From Utricularia gibba (lineage: Eukaryota > Plantae > Magnoliophyta): a stretch of DNA of 53,024 bases. Both the position numbers and the translations under genes were made by a program. Below, one piece after another: positions 24,768-39,700 of this stretch (position 1 is the stretch's first letter; every line of letters begins with the position of its first letter). The stretch spans positions 1-53,024 of the forward strand of contig NEEC01000254.1 of the NCBI GenBank assembly GCA_002189035.1, read 5' to 3'. The notes beneath the pieces were generated by a model. It did not search any database. It had not been told where the DNA came from and was given only the letters and a program-made list of their open reading frames with translations.

Positions 24768-27700
24768 GAAAATCACAATCGCGTCGATTCTCGTGTTCCG
24801 AGTCATCGTCGCGAACGTGGTGGCCAATTTGTGGCACATCTGAAGGCTAATATAAGGCGATAATTCGAGCTCTGATGCATCCTCGGACGAAGATGCTTTC
24901 AACACGGAAGCTGACCGGCACGGAAAGGGGTTCGAAACGGTATGCCGGCGCAGCGTGACTCATCACGGTTTCAGGATATCGAATACCGAACGGTGTGCGA
25001 GGCCACCATGAGGCTGCGGGTAGGGACACACCCAGAGCTTGTTCAGAGATCGCATCGAAAACCATACTTCACGTCATCCAATAAAACGCAGATCTTTTGC
25101 AAGCCGAAAATCACAATCGCGTCGATTCTCGTGTTCCGAAACTCATCGTCGCGAACGTGGTGGCCAATTTGTGGCACATCTGAAGGCTAATATAAGGCGA
25201 TAATTCGAGCTCTGATGCATCCGGACGAAGATGCTTTCAACACGGAAGCTGACCGGCACGGAAAGGGGTTCGAAACGGTATGCCGGCGCAGCGTGACTCA
25301 TATTTTCAGGATATCACCGAAATACCGAACGGTGTGCGAGGCCACCATGAGGCTGCGGGTAGGGACACACCAGAGCTTGTTCAGAGATCGCATCGAAAAC
25401 CCATACTTCACGTCATCCAATAAAACGCAGATGTTTTGCAAGCGAAAATCACAATCGCGTCGATTCTCGTGTTCCGAAACTCATCGTCGCGAACGTGGTG
25501 GCCAATTTGTGGCACATCTGAAGGCTAATATAAGGCGATAATTCGAGCTCTGATGCATCCTCGGACGAAGATGCTTTCAACACGGAAGCTGACCGGCACG
25601 GAAAGGGCTTCGAAACGGTATGCCGGGCGCAGCGTGACTCATCAGATTTCAGATATCGACGAGATGCCGAACGGTGTGCGAGGCCACCATGAGGCTGCGG
25701 GTAGGAACACACCTAGAGCTTGTTCAGAGATCGCCTCGAAAACCCATACTTCACGTCACCCAATAAAACGCAGATGTTTTGCAAGGCGAAAATCACAATC
25801 GCGTCGATTCTCGTGTTCCGAGTCGCATCGTCGCGAACGTGGTGGCCAATTTGTGGCACATCTGAAGGCTAATATAAGGCGATAATTCGAGCTCTGATGC
25901 ATCCTCGGACGAAGATGCTTTCAACACGGAAGCTGACCGGCACGGAAAGGGGTTCGAAACGGTATGCCGGCGCAGCGTGACTCATCTTGATTTCAGATAT
26001 CGACGAATACCGAACGGTGTGCGAGGCCATGAGGCTGCGGGTAGGAACACACCAGAGCTTGTTCAGAGATCGCCTCGAAAACCCATACTTCACATCCAAT
26101 AAAACGCAGATGTTTTGCAAGGCGAAAATCACAATCGCGTCGATTCGTGTTCCGAGTCGCATCGTCGCGAACGTGGTGGCCAATTTGTGGCACATCTGAA
26201 GGCTAATATAAGGCGATAATTCGAGCTCTGATGCATCTCGGACGAAGATGCTTTCAACACGGAAGCTGACCGGCACGGAAAGGGGTTCGAAACGGTATGC
26301 CGAGCGCAGCGTGACTCATCACGGTTTTCAGGATATCGCGAAATACCGAACGGTGTGCGAGGCCACCATGAGGCTGCGGGTAGGGACACACCAGAGCTTG
26401 TTCAGAGATCGCATCGAAAACCCATACTTCACGTCATCCAATAAAACGCAGATCTTTTGCAAGCCGAAAATCACAATCGCGTCGATTCTCGTGTTCCGAA
26501 ACTCATCGTCGCGAACGTGGTGGCCAATTTGTGGCACATCTGAAGGCTAATATAAGGCGATAATTCGAGCTCTGATGCATCCTCGGACGAAGATGCTTTC
26601 AACACGGAAGCTGACCGGCACGGAAAGGGGTTCGAAACGGTATGCCGGCGCAGCGTGACTCATCACGGTTTTCAGGATATCACCGAAATACCGAACGGTG
26701 TGCGAGGCCACCATGAGGCTGCGGGTAGGGACACACACCAGAGCTTGTTCAGAGATCGCATCGAAAACCCATACTTCACGTCATCCAATAAAACGCAGAT
26801 TTTGCAAGCGAAAATCACAATCGCGTCGATTCTCGTGTTCCGAGTCGCATCGTCGCGAACGTGGTGGCCAATTTGTGGCACATCTGAAGGCTAATAAGGC
26901 GATAATTCGAGCTCTGATGCATCCTCGGACGAAGATGCTTTCAACACGGAAGCTGACCGGCACGGAAAGGGGTTCGAAACGGTATGCCGGCGCAGCGTGA
27001 CTCATCATTTTCAGGATATCGAAATGCCGAACGGTGTGCGAGGCCACCATGAGGCTGCGGGTAGGGAAACACCAGAGCTTGTTCAGAGATCGCATCGAAA
27101 ACCCATACTTCACGTCATCCAATAAAACGCAGATCTTTTGCAAGCCGAAAATCACAATCGCGTCGATTCTCGTGTTCCGAACTCATCGTCGCGAACGTGG
27201 TGGCCAATTTGTGGCACATCTGAAGGCTAATATAAGGCGATAATTCGAGCTCTGATGCATCTCGGACGAAGATGCTTTCAACACGGAAGCTGACCGGCAC
27301 GGAAAGGGGTTCGAAACGGTATGCCGGGCGCAGCGTGACTCATCACGGTTTTCAGGATATCCGAAATACCGAACGGTGTGCGAGGCCACCATGAGGCTGC
27401 GGGTAGGAACACACCAGAGCTTGTTCAGAGATCGCCTCGAAAACCCATACTTCACGTCATCCAATAAAACGCAGATGTTTTGCAAGCGAAAATCACAATC
27501 GCGTCGATTCTCGTGTTCCGAGTCGCATCGTCGCGAACGTGGTGGCCAATTTGTGGCACATCTGAAGGCTAATATAAGGCGATAATTCGAGCTCTGATGC
27601 ATCCTCGGACGAAGATGCTTTCAACACGGAAGCTGACCGGCACGGAAGGGGTTCGAAACGGTATGCCGGCGCAGCGTGACTCATCACGGTTTTCAGATAT

Positions 27701-30700
27701 CGCGAAATACCGAACGGTGTGCGAGGCCACCATGAGGCTGCGGGTAGGGACACACCCAGAGCTTGTTCAGAGATCGCCTCGAAAACCCATACTTCACGTC
27801 ATCCAATAAAACGCAGATTTTTGCAAGCGAAAATCACAATCGCGTCGATTCTCGTGTTCCGAGTCGCATCGTCGCGAACGTGGTGGCCAATTGGCACATC
27901 TGAAGGCTAATATAAGGCGATAATTCGAGCTCTGATGCATCCTCGGACGAAGATGCTTTCAACACGGAAGCTGACCGGCACGGAAAGGGGTTCGAAACGG
28001 TATGCGGCGCAGCGTGACTCATCACGATTTTCAGGATATCGACGAATACCGAACGGTGTGCGAGGCCACCATGAGGCTGCGGGTAGGGACACACCAGAGC
28101 TTGTTCAGAGATCGCATCGAAAACCCATACTTCACGTCATCCAATAAAACGCAGATGTTTTGCAAGCCGAAAATCACAATCGCGTCGATTCTCGTGTTCC
28201 GATCATCGTCGCGAACGTGGTGGCCAATTTGTGGCACATCTGAAGGCTAATATAAGGCGATAATTCGAGCTCTGATGCATCCTCGGACGAAGATGCTTTC
28301 AACACGGAAGCTGACCGGCACGGAAAGGGGTTCGAAACGGTATGCCGGCGCAGCGTGACTCATCACGGTTTTCAGGATATCGCGAAATACCGAACGGTGT
28401 GCGAGGCCACCATGAGGCTGCGGTAGGGACACACCCAGAGCTTGTTCAGAGATCGCCTCGAAAACCCATACTTCACGTCATCCAATAAAACGCAGATCTT
28501 TTGCAAGCCGAAAATCACAATCGCGTCGATTCTCGTGTTCCGATCATCGTCGCGAACGTGGTGGCCAATTTGTGGCACATCTGAAGGCTAATAAGGCGAT
28601 AATTCGAGCTCTGATGCATCCTCGGACGAAGATGCTTTCAACACGGAAGCTGACCGGCACGGAAAGGGGTTCGAAACGGTATGCCGGGCGCAGCGTGACT
28701 CATCTTGATTTCAGATATCGAAGATACCGAACGGTGTGCGAGGCCACCATGAGGCTGCGGGTAGGACACACCTAGAGCTTGTTCAGAGATCGCCTCGAAA
28801 ACCCATACTTCACGTCACCCAATAAAACAGATGTTTTGCAAGGCGAAAATCACAATCGCGTCGATTCTCGTGTTCCGAGTCGCATCGTCGCGAACGTGGT
28901 GGCCAATTTGTGGCATCTGAAGGCTAATATAAGGCGATAATTCGAGCTCTGATGCATCCTCGGACGAAGATGCTTTCAACACGGAAGCTGACCGGCACGG
29001 AAAGGGGTTCGAAACGGTATGCCGGCGCAGCGTGACTCATCACGGTTTTCAGGATATCGCCGAATACCGAACGGTGTGCGAGGCCACCATGAGGCTGCGG
29101 TAGGACACACCTAGAGCTTGTTCAGAGATCGCCTCGAAAACCCATACTTCACGTCACCCAATAAAACGCAGATGTTTGCAAGCGAAAATCACAATCGCGT
29201 CGATTCTCGTGTTCCGAGTCGCATCGTCGCGAACGTGGTGGCCAATTTGTGGCACATCTGAAGGCTAATATAAGGCGATAATTCGAGCTCTGATGCATCC
29301 TCGGACGAAGATGCTTTCAACACGGAAGCTGACCGGCACGGAAAGGGGTTCGAAACGGTATGCCGGCGCAGCGTGACTCATCACGGTTTTCAGGATATCG
29401 CGAAATACCGAACGGTGTGCGAGGCCACCATGAGGCTGCGGGTAGGGACACACCCAGAGCTTGTTCAGAGATCGCATCGAAAACCCATACTTCACGTCAT
29501 CCAATAAAACGCAGATCTTTTGCAAGCCGAAAATCAAATCGCGTCGATTCTCGTGTTCCGAAACTCATCGTCGCGAACGTGGTGGCCAATTTGTGGCACA
29601 TCTGAAGGCTAATATAAGGCGATAATTCGAGCTCTGATGCATCCTCGGACGAAGATGCTTCAACACGGAAGCTGACCGGCACGGAAAGGGGTTCGAAACG
29701 GTATGCCGGGCGCAGCGTGACTCATCACGGTTTCAGGATATCGCGAAATACCGAACGGTGTGCGAGGCCACCATGAGGCTGCGGGTAGGGACACACCAGA
29801 GCTTGTTCAGAGATCGCATCGAAAACCCATACTTCACGTCATCCAATAAAACGAGATTTTTGCAAGCCGAAAATCACAATCGCGTCGATTCTCGTGTTCC
29901 GAACTCATCGTCGCGAACGTGGTGGCCAATTTGTGGCACATCTGAAGGCTAATATAAGGCGATAATTCGAGCTCTGATGCATCCTCGGACGAAGATGCTT
30001 TCAACACGGAAGCTGACCGGCACGGAAAGGGGTTCGAAACGGTATGCCGGCGCAGCGTGACTCATCACGGTTTTCAGGATATCCGAAATACCGAACGGTG
30101 TGCGAGGCCACCATGAGGCTGCGGGTAGGGACACACCAGAGCTTGTTCAGAGATCGCATCGAAAACCCATACTTCACGTCATCCAATAAAACGCAGATCT
30201 TTTGCAAGCCGAAAATCACAATCGCGTCGATTCTCGTGTTCCGAGTCATCGTCGCGAACGTGGTGGCCAATTTGTGGCACATCTGAAGGCTAATATAAGG
30301 CGATAATTCGAGCTCTGATGCATCCTCGGACGAAGATGCTTTCAACACGGAAGCTGACCGGCACGGAAAGGGTTCGAAACGGTATGCCGGCGCAGCGTGA
30401 CTCATCTTGATTTCAGATATCGACGAGATGCCGAACGGTGTGCGAGGCCACCATGAGGCTGCGGGTAGGAACACACCTAGCTTGTTCAGAGATCGCCTCG
30501 AAAACCCATACTTCACGTCACCCAATAAAACGCAGATGTTTTGCAAGGCGAAAATCACAATCGCGTCGATTCTCGTGTTCCGAGTCGCATCGTCGCGAAC
30601 GTGGTGGCAATTTGGCACATCTGAAGGCTAATATAGGCGATAATTCGAGCTCTGATGCATCCTCGGACGAAGATGCTTTCAACACGGAAGCTGACCGGCA

Positions 30701-33700
30701 CGGAAAGGGTTCGAAACGGTATGCCGGCGCAGCGTGACTCATCACGATTTCAGATATCGCGAAATACCGAACGGTGTGCGAGGCCACCATGAGGCTGCGG
30801 GTAGGACACACCCAGAGCTTGTTCAGAGATCGCCTCGAAAACCATACTTCACGTCACCAATAAAACGCAGATGTTTTGCAAGCGAAAATCACAATCGCGT
30901 CGATTCTCGTGTTCCGAGTCGCATCGTCGCGAACGTGGTGGCCAATTTGTGGCACATCTGAAGGCTAAGATAAGGCGATAATTCGAGCTCTGATGCATCC
31001 TCGGACGAAGATGCTTTCAACACGGAAGCTGACCGGCACGGAAAGGGGTTCGAAACGGTATGCGGGCGCAGCGTGACTCATCACGGTTTTCAGGATATGC
31101 GAAATACCGAACGGTGTGCGAGGCCACCATGAGGCTGCGGGTAGGGACACACCAGAGCTTGTTCAGAGATCGCCTCGAAAACCCATACTTCACGTCATCC
31201 AATAAAACGCAGATGTTTTGCAAGGCGAAAATCACAATCGCGTCGATTCTCGTGTTCCGAGTCGCATCGTCGCGAACGTGGTGGCCAATTTGTGGCACAT
31301 CTGAAGGCTAATATAAGGCGATAATTCGAGCTCTGATGCATCCTCGGACGAAATGCTTTCAACACGGAAGCTGACCGGCACGGAAAGGGTTCGAAACGGT
31401 ATGCCGCGCAGCGTGACTCATCACGATTTCAGGATATCGACGAGATACCGAACGGTGTGCGAGGCCACCATGAGGCTGCGGGTAGGGACACACCAGAGCT
31501 TGTTCAGAGATCGCCTCGAAACCCATACTTCACGTCATCCAATAAAACGCAGATGTTTTGCAAGCCGAAAATCACAATCGCGTCGATTCTCGTGTTCCGA
31601 GTCGCATCGTCGCGAACGTGGTGGCCAATTTGTGGCACATCTGAAGGCTAATATAAGGCGATAATTCGAGCTCTGATGCATCCTCGGACGAAGATGCTTT
31701 CAACACGGAAGCTGACCGGCACGGAAAGGGGTTCGAAACGGTATGCCGGCGCAGCGTGACTCATCATTTTCAGGAGATACCGAACGGTGTGCGAGGCCAC
31801 CATGAGGCTGCGGGTAGGACACACCAGAGCTTGTTCAGAGATCGCTCGAAAACCCATACTTCACGTCATCCAATAAAACGCAGATCTTTGCAAGCCGAAA
31901 ATCACAATCGCGTCGATTCTCGTGTTCCGAAACTCATCGTCGCGAACGTGGTGGCCAATTTGTGGCACATCTGAAGGCTAATATAAGGCGATAATTCGAG
32001 CTCTGATGCATCCTCGGACGAAGATGCTTTCAACACGGAAGCTGACCGGCACGGAAAGGGGTTCGAAACGGTATGCCGGCGCAGCGTGACTCATCACGGT
32101 TTCAGGATATCCGAATACCGAACGGTGTGCGAGGCCACCATGAGGCTGCGGGTAGGAACACACCCAGAGCTTGTTCAGAGATCGCATCGAAAACCCATAC
32201 TTCACGTCATCCAATAAAACGCAGATCTTTTGCAAGCGAAAATCACAATCGCGTCGATTCTCGTGTTCCGAGTCGCATCGTCGCGAACGTGGTGGCCAAT
32301 TTGTGGCACATCTGAAGGCTAATATAAGGCGATAATTCGAGCTCTGATGCATCCTCGGACGAAGATGCTTTCAACACGGAAGCTGACCGGCACGGAAAGG
32401 GGTTCGAAACGGTATGCCGAGCGCAGCGTGACTCATCACGGTTTTCAGGATATCGCCGAAATACCGAACGGTGTGCGAGGCCACCATGAGGCTGCGGGTA
32501 GGGACACACCCAGAGCTTGTTCAGAGATCGCATCGAAAACCCATACTTCACGTCATCCAATAAAACGCAGATCTTTTGCAAGCCGAAAATCACAATCGCG
32601 TCGATTCTCGTGTTCCGAAACTCATCGTCGCGAACGTGGTGGCCAATTTGTGGCACATCTGAAGGCTAATATAAGGCGATAATTCGAGCTCTGATGCATC
32701 CTCGGACGAAGATGCTTTCAACACGGAAGCTGACCGGCACGGAAAGGGGTTCGAAACGGTATGCCGGCGCAGCGTGACTCATCATTTTCAAGATATCGAC
32801 GAAATGCCGAACGGTGTGCGAGGCCACCATGAGGCTGCGGGTAGGACACACCAGAGCTTGTTCAGAGATCGCCTCGAAAACCCATACTTCACGTCACCCA
32901 ATAAAACACAGATTTTTGCAAGCGAAAATCACAATCGCGTCGATTCTCGTGTTCCGAGTCGCATCGTCGCGAACGTGGTGGCCAATTTGTGGCACATCTG
33001 AAGGCTATATAAGGCGATAATTCGAGCTCTGATGCATCCTCGACGAAGATGCTTTCAACACGGAAGCTGAACGGAAAGGGGTTCGAAACGGTATGCCGGC
33101 GCAGCGTGACTCATCACGGTTTCAGGATATCGAAATACCGAACGGTGTGCGAGGCCACCATGAGGCTGCAGGTAGGGACACACCCAGAGCTTGTTCAGAG
33201 ATCGCCTCGAAAACCCATACTTCACGTCATCCAATAAAACGCAGATTTTGCAAGGCGAAAATCACAATCGCGTCGATTCTCGTGTTCCGAGTCGCATCGT
33301 CGCGAACGTGGTGGCCAATTTGTGGCACATCTGAAGGCTAATATAAGGCGATAATTCGAGCTCTGATGCATCCTCGGACGAAGATGCTTTCAACACGGAA
33401 GCTGACCGGCACGGAAAGGGGTTCGAAACGGTATGCCGGCGCAGCGTGACTCATCACGGTTTTCAGGATATATACCGAACGGTGTGCGAGGCCACCATGA
33501 GGCTGCGGGTAGGACACACCCAGAGCTTGTTCAGAGATCGCTCGAAAACCCATACTTCACGTCACCCAATAAAACGCAGATGTTTTGCAAGCGAAAATCA
33601 CAATCGCGTCGATTCTCGTGTTCGATCGTCGCGAACGTGGTGGCCAATTTGTGGCACATCTGAAGGCTAATATAAGGCGATAATTCGAGTGATGCATCCT

Positions 33701-36700
33701 CGGACGAAGAGCTTTCAACACGGAAGCTGACCGGCACGGAAAGGGGTTCGAAACGGTATGCCGGGCGCAGCGTGACTCATCACGGTTTTCAGGATATCCC
33801 GAAATACCGAACGGTGTGCGAGGCCACCATGAGGCTGCGGTAGGGACACACCCAGAGCTTGTTCAGAGATCGCTCGAAAACCCATACTTCACGTCACCAA
33901 TAAAACGCAGATTTTTGCAAGCGAAAATCACAATCGCGTCGATTCTCGTGTTCGAGTCGCATCGTCGCGAACGTGGTGGCCAATTTGTGGCACATCTGAA
34001 GGCTAATAAGGCGATAATTCGAGCTTGATGCATCCTCGGACGAAGATGCTTTCAACACGGAAGCTGACCGGCACGGAAAGGGGTTCGAAACGGTATGCCG
34101 GCGCAGCGTGACTCATCACGGTTTCAGGATATCGAAATACCGAACGGTGTGCGAGGCCACCATGAGGCTGCGGGTAGGGACACACCCAGAGCTTGTTCAG
34201 AGATCGCTCGAAAACCCATACTTCACGTCATCCAATAAAACGCAGATTTTTGCAAGCCGAAAATCACAATCGCGTCGATTCTCGTGTTCCGAGTCGCATC
34301 GTCGCGAACGTGGTGGCCAATTTGTGGCACATCTGAAGGCTAATATAAGGCGATAATTCGAGCTCTGATGCATCCTCGGACGAAGAGCTTTCAACACGGA
34401 AGCTGACCGGCACGGAAAGGGGTTCGAAACGGTATGCCGGCGCAGCGTGACTCATCACGGTTTTCAGGATATATACCGAACGGTGTGCGAGGCCACCATG
34501 AGGCTGCGGGTAGGGACACACCCAGAGCTTGTTCAGAGATCGCTCGAAAACCCATACTTCACGTCATCCAATAAAACGCAGATGTTTTGCAAGCGAAAAT
34601 CACAATCGCGTCGAGTGTTCCGAGTCGCATCGTCGCGAACGTGGTGGCCAATTTGTGGCACATCTGAAGGCTAATATAAGGCGATAATTCGAGCTCTGAT
34701 GCATCCTCGGACGAAGATGCTTTCAACACGGAAGCTGACCGGCACGGAAAGGGTTCGAAACGGTATGCCGGCGCAGCGTGACTCATCACGGTTTTCAGGA
34801 TATCGAAATACCGAACGGTGTGCGAGGCCACCATGAGGCTGCGGTAGGGACACACCCAGAGCTTGTTCAGAGATCGCTCGAAAACCCATACTTCACGTCA
34901 TCCATAAAACGCAGATTTTGCAAGCGAAAATCACAATCGCGTCGATTCTCGTGTTCCGAAACTCATCGTCGCGAACGTGGTGGCCAATTTTGGCACATCT
35001 GAAGGCTAATATAAGGCGATAATTCGAGCTCTGATGCATCCTCGGACGAAGATGCTTTCAACACGGAAGCTGACCGGCACGGAAAGGGTTCGAAACGGTA
35101 TGCCGGGCGCAGCGTGACTCATCCTTCAAGATATCGACGAATGCCGAACGGTGTGCGAGGCCACCATGAGGCTGCGGGTAGGACACACCTAGAGCTTGTT
35201 CAGAGATCGCCTCGAAAACCCATACTTCACGTCACCCAATAAAACGCAGATTTGCAAGGCGAAAATCACAATCGCGTCGATTCTCGTGTTCCGAGTCGCA
35301 TCGTCGCGAACGTGGTGGCCAATTTGGCACATCTGAAGGCTAATATAAGGCGATAATTCGAGCTCTGATGCATCCTCGGACGAAGATGCTTTCAACACGG
35401 AAGCTGACCGGCACGGAAAGGGGTTCGAAACGGTATGGGCGCAGCGTGACTCATCACGGTTTTCAGGATATCGAAATACCGAACGGTGTGCGAGGCCACC
35501 ATGAGGCTGCGGGTAGGGACACACCCAGAGCTTGTTCAGAGATCGCTCGAAAACCCATACTTCACGTCATCCAATAAAACGCTTTTGCAAGGCGAAAATC
35601 ACAATCGCGTCGATTCTCGTGTTCCGAGTCGCATCGTCGCGAACGTGGTGGCCAATTTGTGGCACATCTGAAGGCTAATATAAGGCGATAATTCGAGCTC
35701 TGATGCATCCTCGGACGAAGATGCTTTCAACACGGAAGCTGACCGGCACGGAAGGGGTTCGAAACGGTATGCCGGCGCAGCGTGACTCATCACGTTTTCA
35801 GGATATCCGAATACCGAACGGTGTGCGAGGCCACCATGAGGCTGCGGGTAGGGACACACCCAGAGCTTGTTCAGAGATCGCCTCGAAAACCCATACTTCA
35901 CGTCATCCAATAAAACGCAGATTTTGCAAGGCGAAAATCACAATCGCGTCGATTTCGTGTTCCGAGTCGCATCGTCGCGAACGTGGTGGCCAATTTGTGG
36001 CACATCTGAAGGCTAATATAAGGCGATAATTCGAGCTCTGATGCATCCTCGGACGAAGATGCTTTCAACACGGAAGCTGACCGGCACGGAAAGGGGTTCG
36101 AAACGGTATGCCGGCGCAGCGTGACTCATCACTTTTCAGGATATCCCGAAATACCGAACGGTGTGCGAGGCCACCATGAGGCTGCGGGTAGGGACACACC
36201 CAGAGCTTGTTCAGAGATCGCTCGAAAACCCATACTTCACGTCATCCAATAAAACGCAGATTTTTGCAAGCCGAAAATCACAATCGCGTCGATTCTCGTG
36301 TTCCGAGTCGCATCGTCGCGAACGTGGTGGCCAATTTGTGGCACATCTGAAGGCTAATATAAGGCGATAATTCGAGCTCTGATGCATCCTCGGACGAAGA
36401 TGCTTTCAACACGGAAGCTGACCGGCACGGAAAGGGGTTCGAAACGGTATGCCGGGCGCAGCGTGACTCATCATTTCAGGATATATACCGAACGGTGTGC
36501 GAGGCCACCATGAGGCTGCGGGTAGGAACACACCAGAGCTTGTTCAGAGATCGCCTCGAAAACCCATACTTCACGTCACCCAATAAAACGCAGATGTTTT
36601 GCAAGGCGAAAATCACAATCGCGTCGATTCTCGTGTTCCGAGTCGCATCGTCGCGAACGTGGTGGCCAATTTGTGGCACATCTGAAGGCTAATATAAGGC

Positions 36701-39700
36701 GATAATTCGAGCTCTGATGCATCCTCGGACGAAGATGCTTTCAACACGGAAGCTGACCGGCACGGAAAGGGTTCGAAACGGTATGCCGGCGCAGCGTGAC
36801 TCATCACGGTTTTCAGGATATCGAAACCGAACGGTGTGCGAGGCCACCATGAGGCTGCGGGTAGGGACACACCCAGAGCTTGTTCAGAGATCGCCTCGAA
36901 AACCCATACTTCACGTCATCCAATAAAACGCAGATGTTTTGCAAGGCGAAAATCACAATCGCGTCGATTCTCGTGTTCCGAGTCGCATCGTCGCGAACGT
37001 GGTGGCCAATTTGTGGCACATCTGAAGGCTAATATAAGGCGATAATTCGAGCTCTGATGCATCCTCGGACGAAATGCTTTCAACACGGAAGCTGACCGGC
37101 ACGGAAAGGGGTTCGAAACGGTATGCCGGCGCAGCGTGACTCATCACGGTTTTCAGGATATCCGAATACCGAACGGTGTGCGAGGCCACCATGAGGCTGC
37201 GGGTAGGGACACACCCAGAGCTTGTTCAGAGATCGCCTCGAAAACCCATACTTCACGTCATCCAATAAAACGCATCTTTTGCAAGCGAAAATCACAATCG
37301 CGTCGAACGCGTCGCGAACGTGGTGGCCAATTTGTGGCACATCTGAAGGCTAATATAAGGCGATAATTCGAGCTCTGATGCATCCTCGGACGAAGATGCT
37401 TTCAACACGGAAGCTGACCGGCACGGAAAGGGGTTCGAAACGGTATGCCGGGCGCAGCGTGACTCATCACGGTTTTCAGGATATCCCGAAATACGAACTG
37501 TGCGAGGCCACCATGAGGCGGGTAGGACACACCCAGAGCTTGTTCAGAGATCGCTCGAAAACCCATACTTCACGTCATCCAAAAACGCAGATGTTTTGCA
37601 AGCCGAAAATCACAATCGCGTCGATTCTGTTCCGAAACGCATCGTCGCGAACGTGGTGGCCAATTTGTGGCACATCTGAAGGCTAATATAAGGCGATAAT
37701 TCGAGCTCTGATGCATCCTCGGACGAAGAGCTTTCAACACGGAAGCTGACCGGCACGGAAAGGGGTTCGAAACGGGGCCGCGCAGCGTGACTCATCACGG
37801 TTTTCAGGATATCCGAAATACCGAACGGTGTGCGAGGCCACCATGAGGCTGCGGGTAGGGACACACCCAGAGCTTGTTCAGAGATCGCCTCGAAAACCCA
37901 TACTTCACGTCATCCAATAAAACGCAGATTTTTGCAAGCCGAAAATCACAATCGCGTCGATTCTCGTGTTCCGATCGTCGCGAACGTGGGGCCAATTTGT
38001 GGCACATCTGAAGGCTAATATAAGGCGATAATTCGAGCTTGATGCATCCTCGGACGAAGAGCTTTCAACACGGAACACGGAATCGAAACGGTATGCCGGG
38101 CGCAGCGGATTTCAGGATATCGAAACCGAACGGTGTGCGAGGCCACCATGAGGTAGGGACACACCAGAGCTTGTTCAGAGATCGCCTCGAAAACCCATAC
38201 TTCACATCCCAATAAAACGCAGATTTTGCAAGGCGAAAATCACAATCGCGTCGATTCTCGTGTTCCGAGTCGCATCGTCGCGAACGTGGTGGCCAATTTG
38301 TGGCACATCTGAAGGCTAATATAAGGCGATAATTCGAGCTCTGATGCATCCTCGGACGAAGATGCTTTCAACACGGAAGCTGACCGGCACGGAAAGGGTT
38401 CGAAACGGGTGGGCGCAGCGTGACTCATCATCAGGATATATGCCGAACGGTGTGCGAGGCCACCATGAGGCTGCGGGTAGGACACACCTAGAGCTTGTTC
38501 AGAGATCGCCTCGAAAACCCATACTTCACGTCATCCAATAAAACGCAGATTTTTGCAAGGCGAAAATCACAATCGCGTCGATTCTCGTGTTCCGAGTCGC
38601 ATCGTCGCGAACGTGGTGGCCAATTTGTGGCACATGAAGGCTAATATAAGGCGATAATTCGAGCTCTGATGCATCCTCGGACGAAATGCTTTCAACACGG
38701 AAGCTGACCGGCACGGAAAGGGGTTCGAAACGGTATGCCGGCGCAGCGTGACTCATCACTTTCAGGATATCCGAATACCGAACGGTGTGCGAGGCCACCA
38801 TGAGGCTGCGGGTAGGGACACACCCAGAGCTTGTTCAGAGATCGCTCGAAAACCCATACTTCACGTCATCCAATAAAACGCAGATCTTTTGCAAGCGAAA
38901 ATCACAATCGCGTCGATTCTCGTGTTCCGAAACTCATCGTCGCGAACGTGGTGGCCAATTTGTGGCACATCTGAAGGCTAATATAAGGCGATAATTCGAG
39001 CTCTGATGCATCCTCGGACGAAGATGCTTTCAACACGGAAGCTGACCGGCACGGAAAGGGGTTCGAAACGGTATGCCGGGCGCAGCGTGACTCATCACGG
39101 TTTTCAGGATATGGCCGAAATACCGAACGGTGTGCGAGGCCACCATGAGGCTGCGGGTACACACACCCAGAGCTTGTTCAGAGATCGCCTCGAAAACCCA
39201 TACTTCACGTCATCCAATAAAACGCAGATGTTTTGCAAGCGAAAATCACAATCGCGTCGATTCTCGTGTTCCGAGTCGCATCGTCGCGAACGTGGTGGCC
39301 AATTTGTGGCACATCTGAAGGCTAATATAAGGCGATAATTCGAGCTCTGATGCATCCTCGGACGAAGATGCTTTCAACACGGAAGCTGACCGGCACGGAA
39401 AGGGGTTCGAAACGGTATGCCGGCGCAGCGTGACTCATCACGGTTTTCAGGATATCGCCGAAATACCGAACGGTGTGCGAGGCCACCATGAGGCTGCGGG
39501 TAGGGACACACCCAGAGCTTGTTCAGAGATCGCTCGAAAACCCATACTTCACGTCATCCAATAAAACGCAGATTTTTGCAAGCCGAAAATCACAATCGCG
39601 TCGATCGTGTTCCGCATCGTCGCGAACGTGGTGGCCAATTTGTGGCACATCTGAAGGCTAATATAAGGCGATAATTCGAGCTCTGATGCATCCTCGGACG

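Noticed and set aside
25638-25647. Canonical CTGATGAGTC on the minus strand in one unit
   Set aside because: It is a single copy created by an A/B hybrid reading at the hypervariable site, and the downstream stem II-GAAA is absent.
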